DNA of 64,000 nucleotides from Clostridium sp. (GTDB lineage Bacteria; Bacillota_I; Bacilli_A; RF39; UBA660): NCBI GenBank assembly GCA_023665725.1, contig JAMPDH010000001.1, positions 3,567 to 67,566 of the forward strand, read 5' to 3'. Shown piece by piece: positions 50,027 to 59,964 of this stretch (position 1 is its first letter; each line of letters starts with the position of its first letter). The notes under the pieces were generated by a model. It saw only the letters and a program-made list of their open reading frames with translations, ran no database searches and was not told where the DNA came from. The position numbers and the translations under genes were made by a program.

Positions 50027-50446
50027 TTTCGAATATTAAGAAATTCTTTACAAAATAAGGGTTTCTTTTATTTTTTGTTACTAATATTTAATCCCGTAAA
50101 AATTAATAATATTACTATAAATTACTATTCGTTGGCAACAAGTGTTTTTTCTCTTTTTAGAAGAAAAAAATGTAAAATCTTACATTTTTTTATTTATAAG
50201 AGTTTTATTTTCTCATTGTACTGAATTAATTATGTTTTGACTTTAATGCATATATAAATAGAATTAGTATTTTTAAGGGTCCGAACCGGCATAAAAATCT
50301 AAATATAGTAGTAGCATTTTTTGTTATTACTGTATGGTAATATTACAATTTTCTGTGAATATTATATAAATAGGTAGTTTTAGTAATGTGGAAATATGAA
50401 AAATATATTATTTCGTTAAAAAAGTTCAAAAAAATTGTAAAAACAC

Positions 50447-50475
50447 TTGATAAAACTTATAATATGTAATATAAT
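50447..50475 (+). promoter_or_regulatory. Promoter TTGATA-N17-TATAAT for the second tRNA block
   Basis: near-consensus hexamers about 35 nt upstream of tRNA-Leu. Confidence 0.5.
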
Positions 50476-50509
50476 TAAGTAGTCAAATTTTTTTGGCAGA
50501 ACAAAAAAT

Positions 50510-50598
50510 GCCTGAGTGGCGGAATTGGTAGACGCACAGGACTTAAAATCCTGCGAAGGTCATACTTCATGCCGGTTCAAGCCCGGCCTTAGGCACCA
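50510..50598 (+). tRNA. tRNA-Leu (anticodon TAA)
   Basis: anticodon loop CTTAAAA; long variable arm; CCA encoded. Confidence 0.85.
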
Positions 50599-50623
50599 TT
50601 TATTTTATTTAAAATAAATTGTT

Positions 50624-50714
50624 GGAGAAATACCCAAGCCTGGTTGAAGGGATCGGTCTTGAAAACCGACAGGTCGGAAACGGCGCGGGGGTTCGAATCC
50701 CTCTTTCTCCGCCA
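50624..50714 (+). tRNA. tRNA-Ser (anticodon TGA)
   Basis: anticodon loop CTTGAAA; long variable arm. Confidence 0.85.
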
Positions 50715-50736
50715 CTTTATTTTAATTATTATGTAT

Positions 50737-50813
<77 letters not shown>

Positions 50814-50818
50814 GTTTT

Positions 50819-50894
50819 GGTTCCGTAGTGTAGCGGTTATCACGTCTGCCTGTCACGCAGAAGATCGCGAGTTCAATTCTCGTCGGAACCGCCA
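50819..50894 (+). tRNA. tRNA-Asp (anticodon GTC)
   Basis: anticodon loop CTGTCAC. Confidence 0.85.
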
Positions 50895-50900
50895 TCGTTT

Positions 50901-50976
50901 GGCTTCATAGCTCAGTCGGTAGAGCAAAGGACTGAAAATCCTTGTGTCATTGGTTCGATTCCAATTGAAGCCACCA
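50901..50976 (+). tRNA. tRNA-Phe (anticodon GAA)
   Basis: anticodon loop CTGAAAA. Confidence 0.85.
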
Positions 50977-51020
50977 TAAATGTTTATTAGAGTGCCCCAT
51001 TACACGCATAGGCAGTATAT

Positions 51021-51097
51021 GCGCTCGTAGCTCAGTTGGATAGAGTGTTTGGCTACGAACCAAAAGGTCAGGGGTTCGAATCCCTTCGGGCGCACCA
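51021..51097 (+). tRNA. tRNA-Arg (anticodon ACG)
   Basis: anticodon loop CTACGAA. Confidence 0.85.
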
Positions 51098-51102
51098 TTT
51101 AA

Positions 51103-51179
51103 CGGAAAATGGCTCAACTTGGTAGAGCACTTGGTTTGGGACCAAGGGGTTGCAGGTTCAAATCCTGTTTTTCCGACCA
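51103..51179 (+). tRNA. tRNA-Pro (anticodon TGG)
   Basis: anticodon loop TTTGGGA; followed by the hairpin terminator aaagcc ttaat ggcttttttt (51189-51215). Confidence 0.85.
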
Positions 51180-51458
51180 TTTAGATTATAAAGCCTTTAA
51201 TGGCTTTTTTTGTGCCCTACCATTTAAATAAAGTAATTGCATATTATAATGAATTTAACATTTCCTATTCCCTGACCTTTTGTAAGATTGACCATCTATT
51301 CATTTGATTATTGTATTATAAATTTAGTTATAATTATAGGTATATTCTTTGTCTTTACTACTTTTTACTCACTATAACGTAACCATTGTATATATTATGT
51401 TTATTATCTTTATCATGCTTTCTCAAGTATGCTGCAAGGCAGTTTAGTTATTTATATT

Positions 51459-52202
51459 TTAATTTATATTTATTTTTGTAAATAGTTTTGCTATTGCATA
51501 TCTAGGTATGGTAAAGTTTGTTCCATGATCAAATGTTTTTCCAAAGTTTTTTTCAGTTTTATATATACCAATATTAAAACTAATTTTTATAGTACCATTC
51601 TCAATTAAATGTATAAATGTTTTAAAGTCTTTAAGTTTAAAGAATTTAATTCCATTATATTTAACATATAAATTATTTTCATTATATCTTGTATGAGATG
51701 TAATTAAGCATAGATATTTTAGTTTTCTTTCTAATTTTTCTTTTAGTAAATCAAATGACCAGGCTGTTTTCCTATCTATTATATTTAATATATTATTGAA
51801 AATGATTAAGGTAACTATATTTTTTTTATGGTCTACATCTAATTTGAAATAGTATTTGTTGGAAACTCGTTTTGGAGAGATACATGATGTTGTTGCCTGT
51901 AAAACTTTATATTGTGGATAATTTTTGTCTGGATATCCATAATTTTCTTGAAGACGTTTTATTTCAAATAAATAACTGTCTGGTGTGGCTGAAAATAGTG
52001 TTATGCTCCCTGTTGGTTCATTGTTCCTAACTTTGATTTCTATATCATTGAAATCAGGTATTTCGAAGTTTTCCGGATTAATTCCTATTAATTCCTCAAA
52101 CATTACACCACTTATCCCCTTTCTATTTTTTTCGGATTTTATCCATCCTAATTTTTCTATATCTTTATATTTTTCATATAGGTTATGTATATTATTATTC
52201 AT
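51459..52202 (-). CDS. PD-(D/E)xK nuclease resembling the MvaI/BcnI type II restriction endonuclease family; no methyltransferase partner seen
   Basis: 247 aa; N-terminal pattern GWIKSEKNRKGISGVMFEELIGINPENFEIPDFNDIEIKV contains a PD...EIK catalytic motif; family recalled from memory. Confidence 0.45.
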   Translation of the reverse strand: MNNNIHNLYEKYKDIEKLGWIKSEKNRKGISGVMFEELIGINPENFEIPDFNDIEIKVRNNEPTGSITLFSATPDSYLFEIKRLQENYGYPDKNYPQYKVLQATTSCISPKRVSNKYYFKLDVDHKKNIVTLIIFNNILNIIDRKTAWSFDLLKEKLERKLKYLCLITSHTRYNENNLYVKYNGIKFFKLKDFKTFIHLIENGTIKISFNIGIYKTEKNFGKTFDHGTNFTIPRYAIAKLFTKININ

Positions 52203-52362
52203 TTATTTATTTCTCCTTTCTACTGCCCTATAATTAATATACATTGTAAAATTTTATTTTCCTTTTATTTTTTATTTATTTAGTAATTTTTTATGTTTTC
52301 CTTCTAATCCAAAAGAAAAAACATTATCAGCATGTAATGTTTTTAACTATAAAATGTGAAAC

Positions 52363-53040
52363 TTATGCTCCAAAATCGTTTTGGTAACTTATCATGTTAA
52401 CACTGTCTACTTCGCTTAAGTTATTAAATTTATCCATTATTTTTGAATAATCTTTGGTAGCAAATTCGAAAGATAACTCTACTTTATCTTTACATATAGA
52501 TTTACTTTTGATTTTATATTTTGGAATTGAGGTAATTATTTTTTCGATTTTTTGGTCAACTTTGATATCATATTTAATGATTATTAGATATTTTGATGCT
52601 AGTTTAAATCCTAATATATAACTTATATAGAATAGTAGTCCTAATGCTATAGAACTAATAATTGATATTAAATATAAACCTGCACCTGACATAATTCCAG
52701 CAGTTATTCCCCAGAACATGAATGCTGTATCAATTGGATCTTTTATTGCTGTTCTAAATCTAACTATGGATAAAGCTCCAACCATTCCGAGAGATAAAGC
52801 AAGGTTTGAACTTATAGTTCTAATAATAAGTGAAGTTACCATTGCGAGTAAGATTATGCATAGGGAGAAAGTTTTTGAATATACAACTCCACTATATGTT
52901 TTTTTATAAATATATACTATAAAGACTCCTATTAAAAATGCCACTATAAGTGAAAAAAATATTTTATCAACAGATATAGCACCTGTAAATTCATTAATTA
53001 CACTTTTCTTTATTAAATCAACAAAACTCATAATAAACAC
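52363..53040 (-). CDS. DUF4956 domain membrane protein
   Basis: LSLGMVGALSIVRFRTAIKDPID motif; usual partner of VTC-domain and CotH proteins. Confidence 0.65.
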   Translation of the reverse strand: MFIMSFVDLIKKSVINEFTGAISVDKIFFSLIVAFLIGVFIVYIYKKTYSGVVYSKTFSLCIILLAMVTSLIIRTISSNLALSLGMVGALSIVRFRTAIKDPIDTAFMFWGITAGIMSGAGLYLISIISSIALGLLFYISYILGFKLASKYLIIIKYDIKVDQKIEKIITSIPKYKIKSKSICKDKVELSFEFATKDYSKIMDKFNNLSEVDSVNMISYQNDFGA

Positions 53041-53089
53041 TCCTTTTCTTAATTAACTATTTGTTTTTTTGTTTTAATTTTTAAAATAT

Positions 53090-53833
53090 TTATTTTAGTT
53101 CGCGACAATTTGCAAATTTAGAAACAGCTAATCTATACATTGGCACGGTTTGTAAAATAATCGCGATGCTTTCTGGTAGTATTTCATTAAATTTTACTTC
53201 TAGTACTACTTCATTAGGTTCTAATACGTCATATGTAATCATGTTTGAATCAAATAGATTATAGTTGTATAGTCCTGATTTGAGATTTTCATCAAATGTA
53301 ATTCTGACATCGCTAACGGGATATGTATATGCTAGTCTTTTATAATCAACGATTATTGATGGTTTAAGACCTTTATGTTTAATCTCGTATATAAAATCTT
53401 GAAGTAAATCATTTTTACTGTTCAATTCCATTTTACAACTTTTTACTTTTTTGTTTAAATCTTCATTAATTTTTATATTATTAACGTTATTTTGTAATAT
53501 TTTGTTGCATGTATCAATATCGATTTTTATTTGATCTTTAGATGTCATATTATTATGTTTAAGTTTTCTTTCTAATCGTATAAATGATGTATCGTTATTG
53601 TATACTCTAATTCTATATTTTTTTCTATATAAAATCCCATCTAATTTTTCATAGTATGCACTTGAATCTGAATCATCAAAATATAAACTTCTTATAAGAT
53701 ATGTATTATCTTCATTAACAGAATTTTGGTCTATATCCATTATTAGAGATAATCTTTGTTTTAGTATTTGAGCCATATTTTTATTTATTATAAATTTTAA
53801 TTCATGTCTATATTTTCTTTTTTTTATTTCCAT
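53090..53833 (-). CDS. VTC-domain (polyphosphate-polymerase-like, CYTH-related) protein
   Basis: YRHELKF and SLYFDD motifs of the VTC domain; overlaps the cotH stop by 10 nt. Confidence 0.65.
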   Translation of the reverse strand: MEIKKRKYRHELKFIINKNMAQILKQRLSLIMDIDQNSVNEDNTYLIRSLYFDDSDSSAYYEKLDGILYRKKYRIRVYNNDTSFIRLERKLKHNNMTSKDQIKIDIDTCNKILQNNVNNIKINEDLNKKVKSCKMELNSKNDLLQDFIYEIKHKGLKPSIIVDYKRLAYTYPVSDVRITFDENLKSGLYNYNLFDSNMITYDVLEPNEVVLEVKFNEILPESIAIILQTVPMYRLAVSKFANCRELK

Positions 53834-56700
53834 AAATCACCAAAATATTCTTTCATTTCAGTATCGGATAAACCAAATTGACTTTTTGTATGTTTTAGTA
53901 GGTATGATGTCCTTTTATTTATGTAATCTTTGAGTTTATCAATTTTGTTATTCCAATCACTCAACGAATATCCCCATCTTTTTCCATCTCTTTCCATTTC
54001 CGGAAGTATGTAATTATAAATTTCATCTAATTTTCTAAGAACGTTTTCTGTTTTCCAAGTATTATTTAAATTATAGCTTAATCTTTGCAAAAATATTTTT
54101 TTGAATTCACTATTTTTCATCATATTCCTTAGTAAGCTTGTATCTAAATTAAAACCTTCTTGCATACCATTAGGATTCAATATGTAATTATAATAATTTT
54201 TACTATAGTTATACCATGCGTAATCTAAGTCATAGAATATGAAATGTAGTTTTCCATTTGCAACATCTTTATGAGAAAAAAATCTACAATTTATTATATC
54301 ATTATTTGTAACAAATAACTCTGCTATCCAATAATCGGCCATATTTTCTATATTTATTTTTTCTTTTATATAGTTAAAATTTTCAGCTTTAGACATGTCG
54401 TTATTTCTAACATAATTTAATATTGAAGAATAGAAATTTGAACTTCCAGCAGTCATATTTCCATCAATTCTCATAATATTTGAATAATCTGGATTTACAT
54501 TGTAATGATTTGAAATAAATGTTTCATCTACTTTTTCTCTGATATTATATATCCCCCAATATCTTCCATTTATATATAATATAACACTTTTATATGCTTG
54601 AACATCTACATCAGTATATTCATCTACTAATGAAGTTCCGAGTATATCCCTTAAAAATGTATTTTTATAATCTTGCGATCCGGATCTCAATACAAGTGTA
54701 TCAAAACTAGAAAAATCTCTATTATCGAATACTTGATAATTTAATTTTGAAGCGCCAAATTTTTTCTTAAACTTTAACGAAAAACTTTTTTTAGGCAAAC
54801 TTCTAGTTGAACCACCAAATAGTTTTATACCGCAAGGAATACTAAAGCTACTGTCTTTTTCATATAACTCTGCATAAGCATTATATTCTATATTGGATGC
54901 TGGGGTTGCTTGTAATCTTGTAAAATCACTTGGATTTAATGATACTGACATAACGGGTAAGGTATGGTTTTCGTTAACTATATAACTGTTTGTTATGACA
55001 TTACTTACTAGTTTGCCTTTATCCTTATTCATAGCTTTTAAGACAGTTGTTTTATCTACATAAATAGGACTACTATATACTTTAGATGAAGTAGTTGGGG
55101 TACTCCCATCTAAAGTATAATAAATAGTCCCAGGTGCATTAAGTACAATTTCAAGTTTATCTACATTATTATATATACCTGAAGAAAGACTAATGGACGG
55201 AGTTATGGATATATCCCTAGTACCAGAATTGTTTTCCCTTTTTGGGGTAGGTGTGTTGATATAATAAAATCCCTTATTATTGTTATTTCTTCCATAACTA
55301 TATCCTATAGGAATTTCATTTACCACAATTGAATCTATTATTTCGTTATTTTTAAATAAAAATATAGATTCTGTTTCAGATATTTTAAAATTAGTATGAA
55401 CATATGAATTATTAGATAAATTAGTATCCCCTGAACACATTATTATATAATATTCATTAGGTTTAAGTTCTACATCTGGGAGATCAAACATTTTTGTTTC
55501 TTTAGTAGATATATTATAATTTTTTAGATTAATTGTTTCATTAGAATTATTTTTAAGTTCTATCCAATCATAATAATTATAACCATTTTGTGGTAGATAA
55601 GAAAAATTATTATTCATTACTTCATTAATAATTAAATCATTAGGGGTATTTAATGAAGCGTTGAAATTTTCAATTCCTTCATTACTATTAAGATATCCAG
55701 GACTTATTATTGAACTCTTTTTGAATTCATTGTCATATTTTATTAAAGCTAATCCATTTTCAACACTAGAATACCTTTGATTTTCAATTATTTTACCATT
55801 TTTACCAAGTATAACATTCCCATTATTCGATTCTAATTTAAATCCAGTTTGTAAATCACTACTTAATAAATTTTTATTTGTTGTATAAACAATTACTACT
55901 TCATTGGGTTTTAACTCTTTGCTGGGTAGTTTATATTTAAATGGGGCTTTTTCATCATTTGATAATGTATAATTACTTAAATCTATATTTTTATCACCCG
56001 TATTTGTAAGTTCTATATATCCATAGTATTTTCCATTAGTTTTAAAGTTACCATCATTATTTGGAAGTATTTCAGTAATTTTTATATAATCTGGTTCTCC
56101 TTTTAAACTATTAATATAGTTATTATAACCTTCCATACTATTTTCGTATCCTGGTGTAATTGTATCAAATATATGCCAACTTCCATTCAAATCTCTTCCC
56201 ATTGAATTACCTTTTTCAATGTACGATGTTGTAACACTGTCTATTACTTTTTTATTTGGATTTGTAAGTATTATAGTTTCTTCCCCACTACTTTTAAGTT
56301 TAAATGGAGCATAAAGACCATCTTTAGATTCACCACACAAGTTTACAATTAAATACTCTTTACTCTTAATTGTAACATCTGGGAATGCCCATTTTAATGA
56401 TGTTTCATTATCACTTAATCCATAGTTTAAAAGATTTATATCTGTATCATATCCATTAAATATCTCTACAAAATCACATATACTAGAATCACTTGATGAA
56501 TATATTCCATTATTTGATGTTACAACTTCATTTATAACTAGCTTTGGAATAGAATTTTCACCATTTTCTTCTGGCGTTATTGAAGTTATACTACTTTCTT
56601 GCATAATCAAACTGATTATAACAAATATTATAACTATTAAAAAACATACCAAAATAAAAAGATAATTTTTCTTTAATTCGCCTTTTTTAATATTAAACAT
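53824..56700 (-). CDS. CotH kinase-family protein with N-terminal lamin-tail-domain (LTD) repeats
   Basis: 958 aa; signal/TM; at least three LTD-like repeats (LVINEV..., LIINEVMNN...); C-terminal CotH domain (VILYINGRYWGIYNIREK). Confidence 0.75.
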   Translation of the reverse strand: MFNIKKGELKKNYLFILVCFLIVIIFVIISLIMQESSITSITPEENGENSIPKLVINEVVTSNNGIYSSSDSSICDFVEIFNGYDTDINLLNYGLSDNETSLKWAFPDVTIKSKEYLIVNLCGESKDGLYAPFKLKSSGEETIILTNPNKKVIDSVTTSYIEKGNSMGRDLNGSWHIFDTITPGYENSMEGYNNYINSLKGEPDYIKITEILPNNDGNFKTNGKYYGYIELTNTGDKNIDLSNYTLSNDEKAPFKYKLPSKELKPNEVVIVYTTNKNLLSSDLQTGFKLESNNGNVILGKNGKIIENQRYSSVENGLALIKYDNEFKKSSIISPGYLNSNEGIENFNASLNTPNDLIINEVMNNNFSYLPQNGYNYYDWIELKNNSNETINLKNYNISTKETKMFDLPDVELKPNEYYIIMCSGDTNLSNNSYVHTNFKISETESIFLFKNNEIIDSIVVNEIPIGYSYGRNNNNKGFYYINTPTPKRENNSGTRDISITPSISLSSGIYNNVDKLEIVLNAPGTIYYTLDGSTPTTSSKVYSSPIYVDKTTVLKAMNKDKGKLVSNVITNSYIVNENHTLPVMSVSLNPSDFTRLQATPASNIEYNAYAELYEKDSSFSIPCGIKLFGGSTRSLPKKSFSLKFKKKFGASKLNYQVFDNRDFSSFDTLVLRSGSQDYKNTFLRDILGTSLVDEYTDVDVQAYKSVILYINGRYWGIYNIREKVDETFISNHYNVNPDYSNIMRIDGNMTAGSSNFYSSILNYVRNNDMSKAENFNYIKEKINIENMADYWIAELFVTNNDIINCRFFSHKDVANGKLHFIFYDLDYAWYNYSKNYYNYILNPNGMQEGFNLDTSLLRNMMKNSEFKKIFLQRLSYNLNNTWKTENVLRKLDEIYNYILPEMERDGKRWGYSLSDWNNKIDKLKDYINKRTSYLLKHTKSQFGLSDTEMKEYFGDLWK

Positions 56701-56839
56701 ACCAATTACCTCTACTTAGTAAATCTTAACACATAATATTTAATATATCAATAATTATATTATTAAAATATCTGAATTTTCTTTTTTTTTTAATAATTTT
56801 ATTGTATACTATCATTATAGAGTAAAGGGTAGGGATAAT

Positions 56840-58426
56840 ATGATATTAAGAAAACCATATGCATTTTTTATAAAACATTTTAGATTTTTCCACTTTATAA
56901 TGTTTATTTTTTTAGGAATTATTACATATAGGACAAACTTAGTTAGAATGTTTTTTTCTGAATATCTAAACCAAATTGCTTATGTTATATCTTTAGATGA
57001 AGTAAGTGCAACCTTTAATATATTCACATATATTTGGATAGCAATTGTTATAATATTTTCTATTATTGTATTTGTAGTAATGAAAAAGAAAGATAAGCCT
57101 ATAGCATTCTACTTTATAAACATATTTATTATGGCAGTTACTATGGTATTTATGTTTTATTCAAATACTGTAATGAACAGACTTACCACTTCCCTAGAGG
57201 CGGTAGCGACGCTACGAGCTATAAGAGATTTAAGCAATATTTTATTCATAATTCAAATCATTTTACTTATAATGACATTTATAAGAGCAACAGGATTTGA
57301 TATTAAAAAATTTGATTTTGGAAAAGATATACGTGAATTATCTATAACAGCAGAAGATAGTGAAGAATTTGAATTTCAATTTAATTTTGATTGGAATGAA
57401 TCAAAAAGAAGATTTAAAAAAAGAATAAGAGAACTTAGATACTTTATATTAGAATATAAAAAAATGATAATTATATTTACTATAATAGGATTAACGTTAA
57501 TAGGGCTTTTTGTATATTTTAATTTTGGTAAATTTTCAAAAAAATACAACTTAAACTCTCAGTTTACAACAGATCAACTTACTATGATGGTAACAGATAG
57601 TTTTATTACCCAACGAGACTATAAATCAAATATAATTGCAGATAAAGGATTGGTTATAGTTCGTGTAAAAGCAAGTGGACAAGGAGTAATAAATACATCA
57701 AAAGCATTACTACAAATTGGTAATGAAATATATTATCCAATTGATAATATATATAACAATCAATTTATCGATTTAGGGCAACTTTATACAAATCAAAAGT
57801 TAACTAACGAACTATCTGAATATATATTGGTTTACGAGGTACCAAGATCCTTTCTACAAAAAAATATGTCATTTAAATACTTTGGCAATTATGAAAAAAC
57901 CCTATTCGGAGAAAAATTTGAAGAATATACTGTCAATTTAAATTCTATTAATTTAGATTCTAATAGTATTCAAGAAAATTATAATATAGGAGATTTAATA
58001 ACAATTGATAATCAATCACTATCAGGAAAATTAATTATAAATAATTATGTTTTGAATAATTCATTCTCAAATACATACAAGTATTGTGTTACTAAAGATG
58101 AGTGTTATAACTTAAAACAATATTTACAACCAAGTTTTAAAGGTACAGAAGATAAAATACTTATTAGATTAAATGGAAAAATAGAATATAATGATAATTC
58201 AACAGTAAAAGATGATTTAGGAAAATTAATTGAAAAATATGGTACTTTTATATATAAAATAGAAGATAAAACCTATAAAACACAAAATATAATTTCAACT
58301 AATTTTTCAACAGTAAAAGATGAGGATAATATTTATATAGAAATTCCTAAAAATCTAGAACAAGCAAGTAATATTGATTTAATGATTAAAATAAGAAATA
58401 AAGAATATATATATAAGTTAAAATAA
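56840..58426 (+). CDS. Hypothetical polytopic membrane protein with large C-terminal extracytoplasmic domain
   Basis: 5 TM plus a 300-aa domain; no family recognised. Confidence 0.5.
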   Translation: MILRKPYAFFIKHFRFFHFIMFIFLGIITYRTNLVRMFFSEYLNQIAYVISLDEVSATFNIFTYIWIAIVIIFSIIVFVVMKKKDKPIAFYFINIFIMAVTMVFMFYSNTVMNRLTTSLEAVATLRAIRDLSNILFIIQIILLIMTFIRATGFDIKKFDFGKDIRELSITAEDSEEFEFQFNFDWNESKRRFKKRIRELRYFILEYKKMIIIFTIIGLTLIGLFVYFNFGKFSKKYNLNSQFTTDQLTMMVTDSFITQRDYKSNIIADKGLVIVRVKASGQGVINTSKALLQIGNEIYYPIDNIYNNQFIDLGQLYTNQKLTNELSEYILVYEVPRSFLQKNMSFKYFGNYEKTLFGEKFEEYTVNLNSINLDSNSIQENYNIGDLITIDNQSLSGKLIINNYVLNNSFSNTYKYCVTKDECYNLKQYLQPSFKGTEDKILIRLNGKIEYNDNSTVKDDLGKLIEKYGTFIYKIEDKTYKTQNIISTNFSTVKDEDNIYIEIPKNLEQASNIDLMIKIRNKEYIYKLK

Positions 58427-58480
58427 AAAGGGTAAAATTATGTAAATTTGCCTTTTTTTGACAAAATAAGATATACTATA
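58417..58480. repeat. Intergenic repeat copy A (gttaaaataaaaagggtaaaattatgtaaatttgcctttttttgacaaaataagatatactata)
   Basis: second copy at 62889-62975, with an extra poly-T/poly-A insertion. Confidence 0.7.
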
Positions 58481-58617
58481 ATAAATGAATTAATCCTTAT
58501 AAAAACAAGGGTTAATTCATTTTTAAATTGGCCAAATATTAAAAAAATTTGGGGTTTTTATTATTGCAATAAATTAAAAAATTAATATTAAATTTATACT
58601 AATAACGCTCGTTCCCG

Positions 58618-58647
58618 TTGACAAATTTAAAGGGGGGGGGGTATAAT
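58618..58647 (+). promoter_or_regulatory. Promoter TTGACA-N18-TATAAT with a G10 homopolymer in the spacer (candidate phase-variable promoter)
   Basis: ttgaca aatttaaa gggggggggg tataat; a G10 run is exceptional in this AT-rich DNA. Confidence 0.45.
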
Positions 58648-58675
58648 AATAATAGATAGTAGGGAGGTGAGATTT

Positions 58676-59908
58676 ATGAAGAACAAAAGTATATTTAAAT
58701 TAGGAATATTTGTTGCTGCTTTCTTTGTGGGAATATTTAGTGTAAGTGCTAAAACTACTTATACATCATATAAAGCAGGAGATAAAATAAAAGTAAATGT
58801 TAGCAGTTCAAAGCAATTAGATTTTTATGTTATAGAAGATAGTACATCAGAAAATGTAACAGCTATTTATGATGGAGTGTTAGGAGATTGTTTTGGGTTT
58901 GGAGCAATAACTGATTCTTTCGAAGGAAGTATAGCGCAAACAAAATTAAATGAATTAACTTCTGATTGGAATAATCCAACTGAAATAAGATTAATTAAAG
59001 TATCAGAAATAGATTCAAGCATTGAATTATCAAATTTAAAAGATTCAGGTGTAGAAGTAAGAGAACCTAGTTATTATATGGCAACAAAACCTTATTGGAC
59101 CCAAGACGTTATAAAAGATGGTGCTGCCTTACTTCCTATAGATGTTACAAGTTGGGTAACTTATTTTAGTATAGAAGCTGTAGCTGATTCTAATGACGGA
59201 ACTGGTATACAGTCAGCCATTAGACCCGTTATAACAGTTTCCAAAGATTATGTTGTTGGAGGTAGCAAAATTAGTGAAGAAGATAAATTATGGAATAATT
59301 TTGTATCAAAATATAAAACTACTGATTTAGTAAAAATGTTATCAGAAGGTGAAGACACCACTATAAATATAACATCAACAGATGACACTTTAAAAATCGA
59401 GTTTACTAATGGAGCAGATACTACAACTACTAATTTTACTTATTCCAATGGAATAGTTGCATATACACCACCTATAAATGCAACTGATAATAATTTAATT
59501 ATGGATAATATGTGGGTAACAAATTGTATTTATGCAATTGCTGATTTAAAAGGATACGATATTGAAAAATTAATTACTTGGTTAGGTGAAAATGAAAATC
59601 CAAATCTTGCTACTCATGGGATTGAAATTAAGACAGAAAAGAATACAATTCATTTAGAAGATGTATCAGATGTAAATATTAATACAGGTTCAATTACATT
59701 AACTACCGGTAAAATATTATCTTTTAAATTAGATATTAAAAATGGATTGAAAATAACTAATACTGAAGAAAAAAAAGATACAGTTGTAAAAAACCCTGAA
59801 ACAGGAGATAAAAGTAGTATAATTGTTTTTGCATCTATTGCCACACTACTTATTGGAACTGTTGCTTATATTAAATTAAAAAAATATAGTAAATTTCCAC
59901 AAGCATAG
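58676..59908 (+). CDS. Sortase-anchored surface protein (NPETG cell-wall sorting signal)
   Basis: signal peptide; C-terminal NPETGD plus hydrophobic segment plus KLKKYSK tail (class B sortase-type signal); AGGGAGGTG SD before the ATG. Confidence 0.6.
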   Translation: MKNKSIFKLGIFVAAFFVGIFSVSAKTTYTSYKAGDKIKVNVSSSKQLDFYVIEDSTSENVTAIYDGVLGDCFGFGAITDSFEGSIAQTKLNELTSDWNNPTEIRLIKVSEIDSSIELSNLKDSGVEVREPSYYMATKPYWTQDVIKDGAALLPIDVTSWVTYFSIEAVADSNDGTGIQSAIRPVITVSKDYVVGGSKISEEDKLWNNFVSKYKTTDLVKMLSEGEDTTINITSTDDTLKIEFTNGADTTTTNFTYSNGIVAYTPPINATDNNLIMDNMWVTNCIYAIADLKGYDIEKLITWLGENENPNLATHGIEIKTEKNTIHLEDVSDVNINTGSITLTTGKILSFKLDIKNGLKITNTEEKKDTVVKNPETGDKSSIIVFASIATLLIGTVAYIKLKKYSKFPQA

Positions 59909-59964
59909 ATTTTAAGACTTCGTTTGTGAAGCCTTTTTTTCGACTAGTATATGGAGGCAAATAT

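Noticed and set aside
56781-56791. T10 tract upstream of the 528-aa membrane protein gene and T9/A7/T10 tracts at 62921-62951
   Set aside because: Poly-A/T runs are common in this AT-rich DNA, so they were not called phase-variable, unlike the G10 tract.
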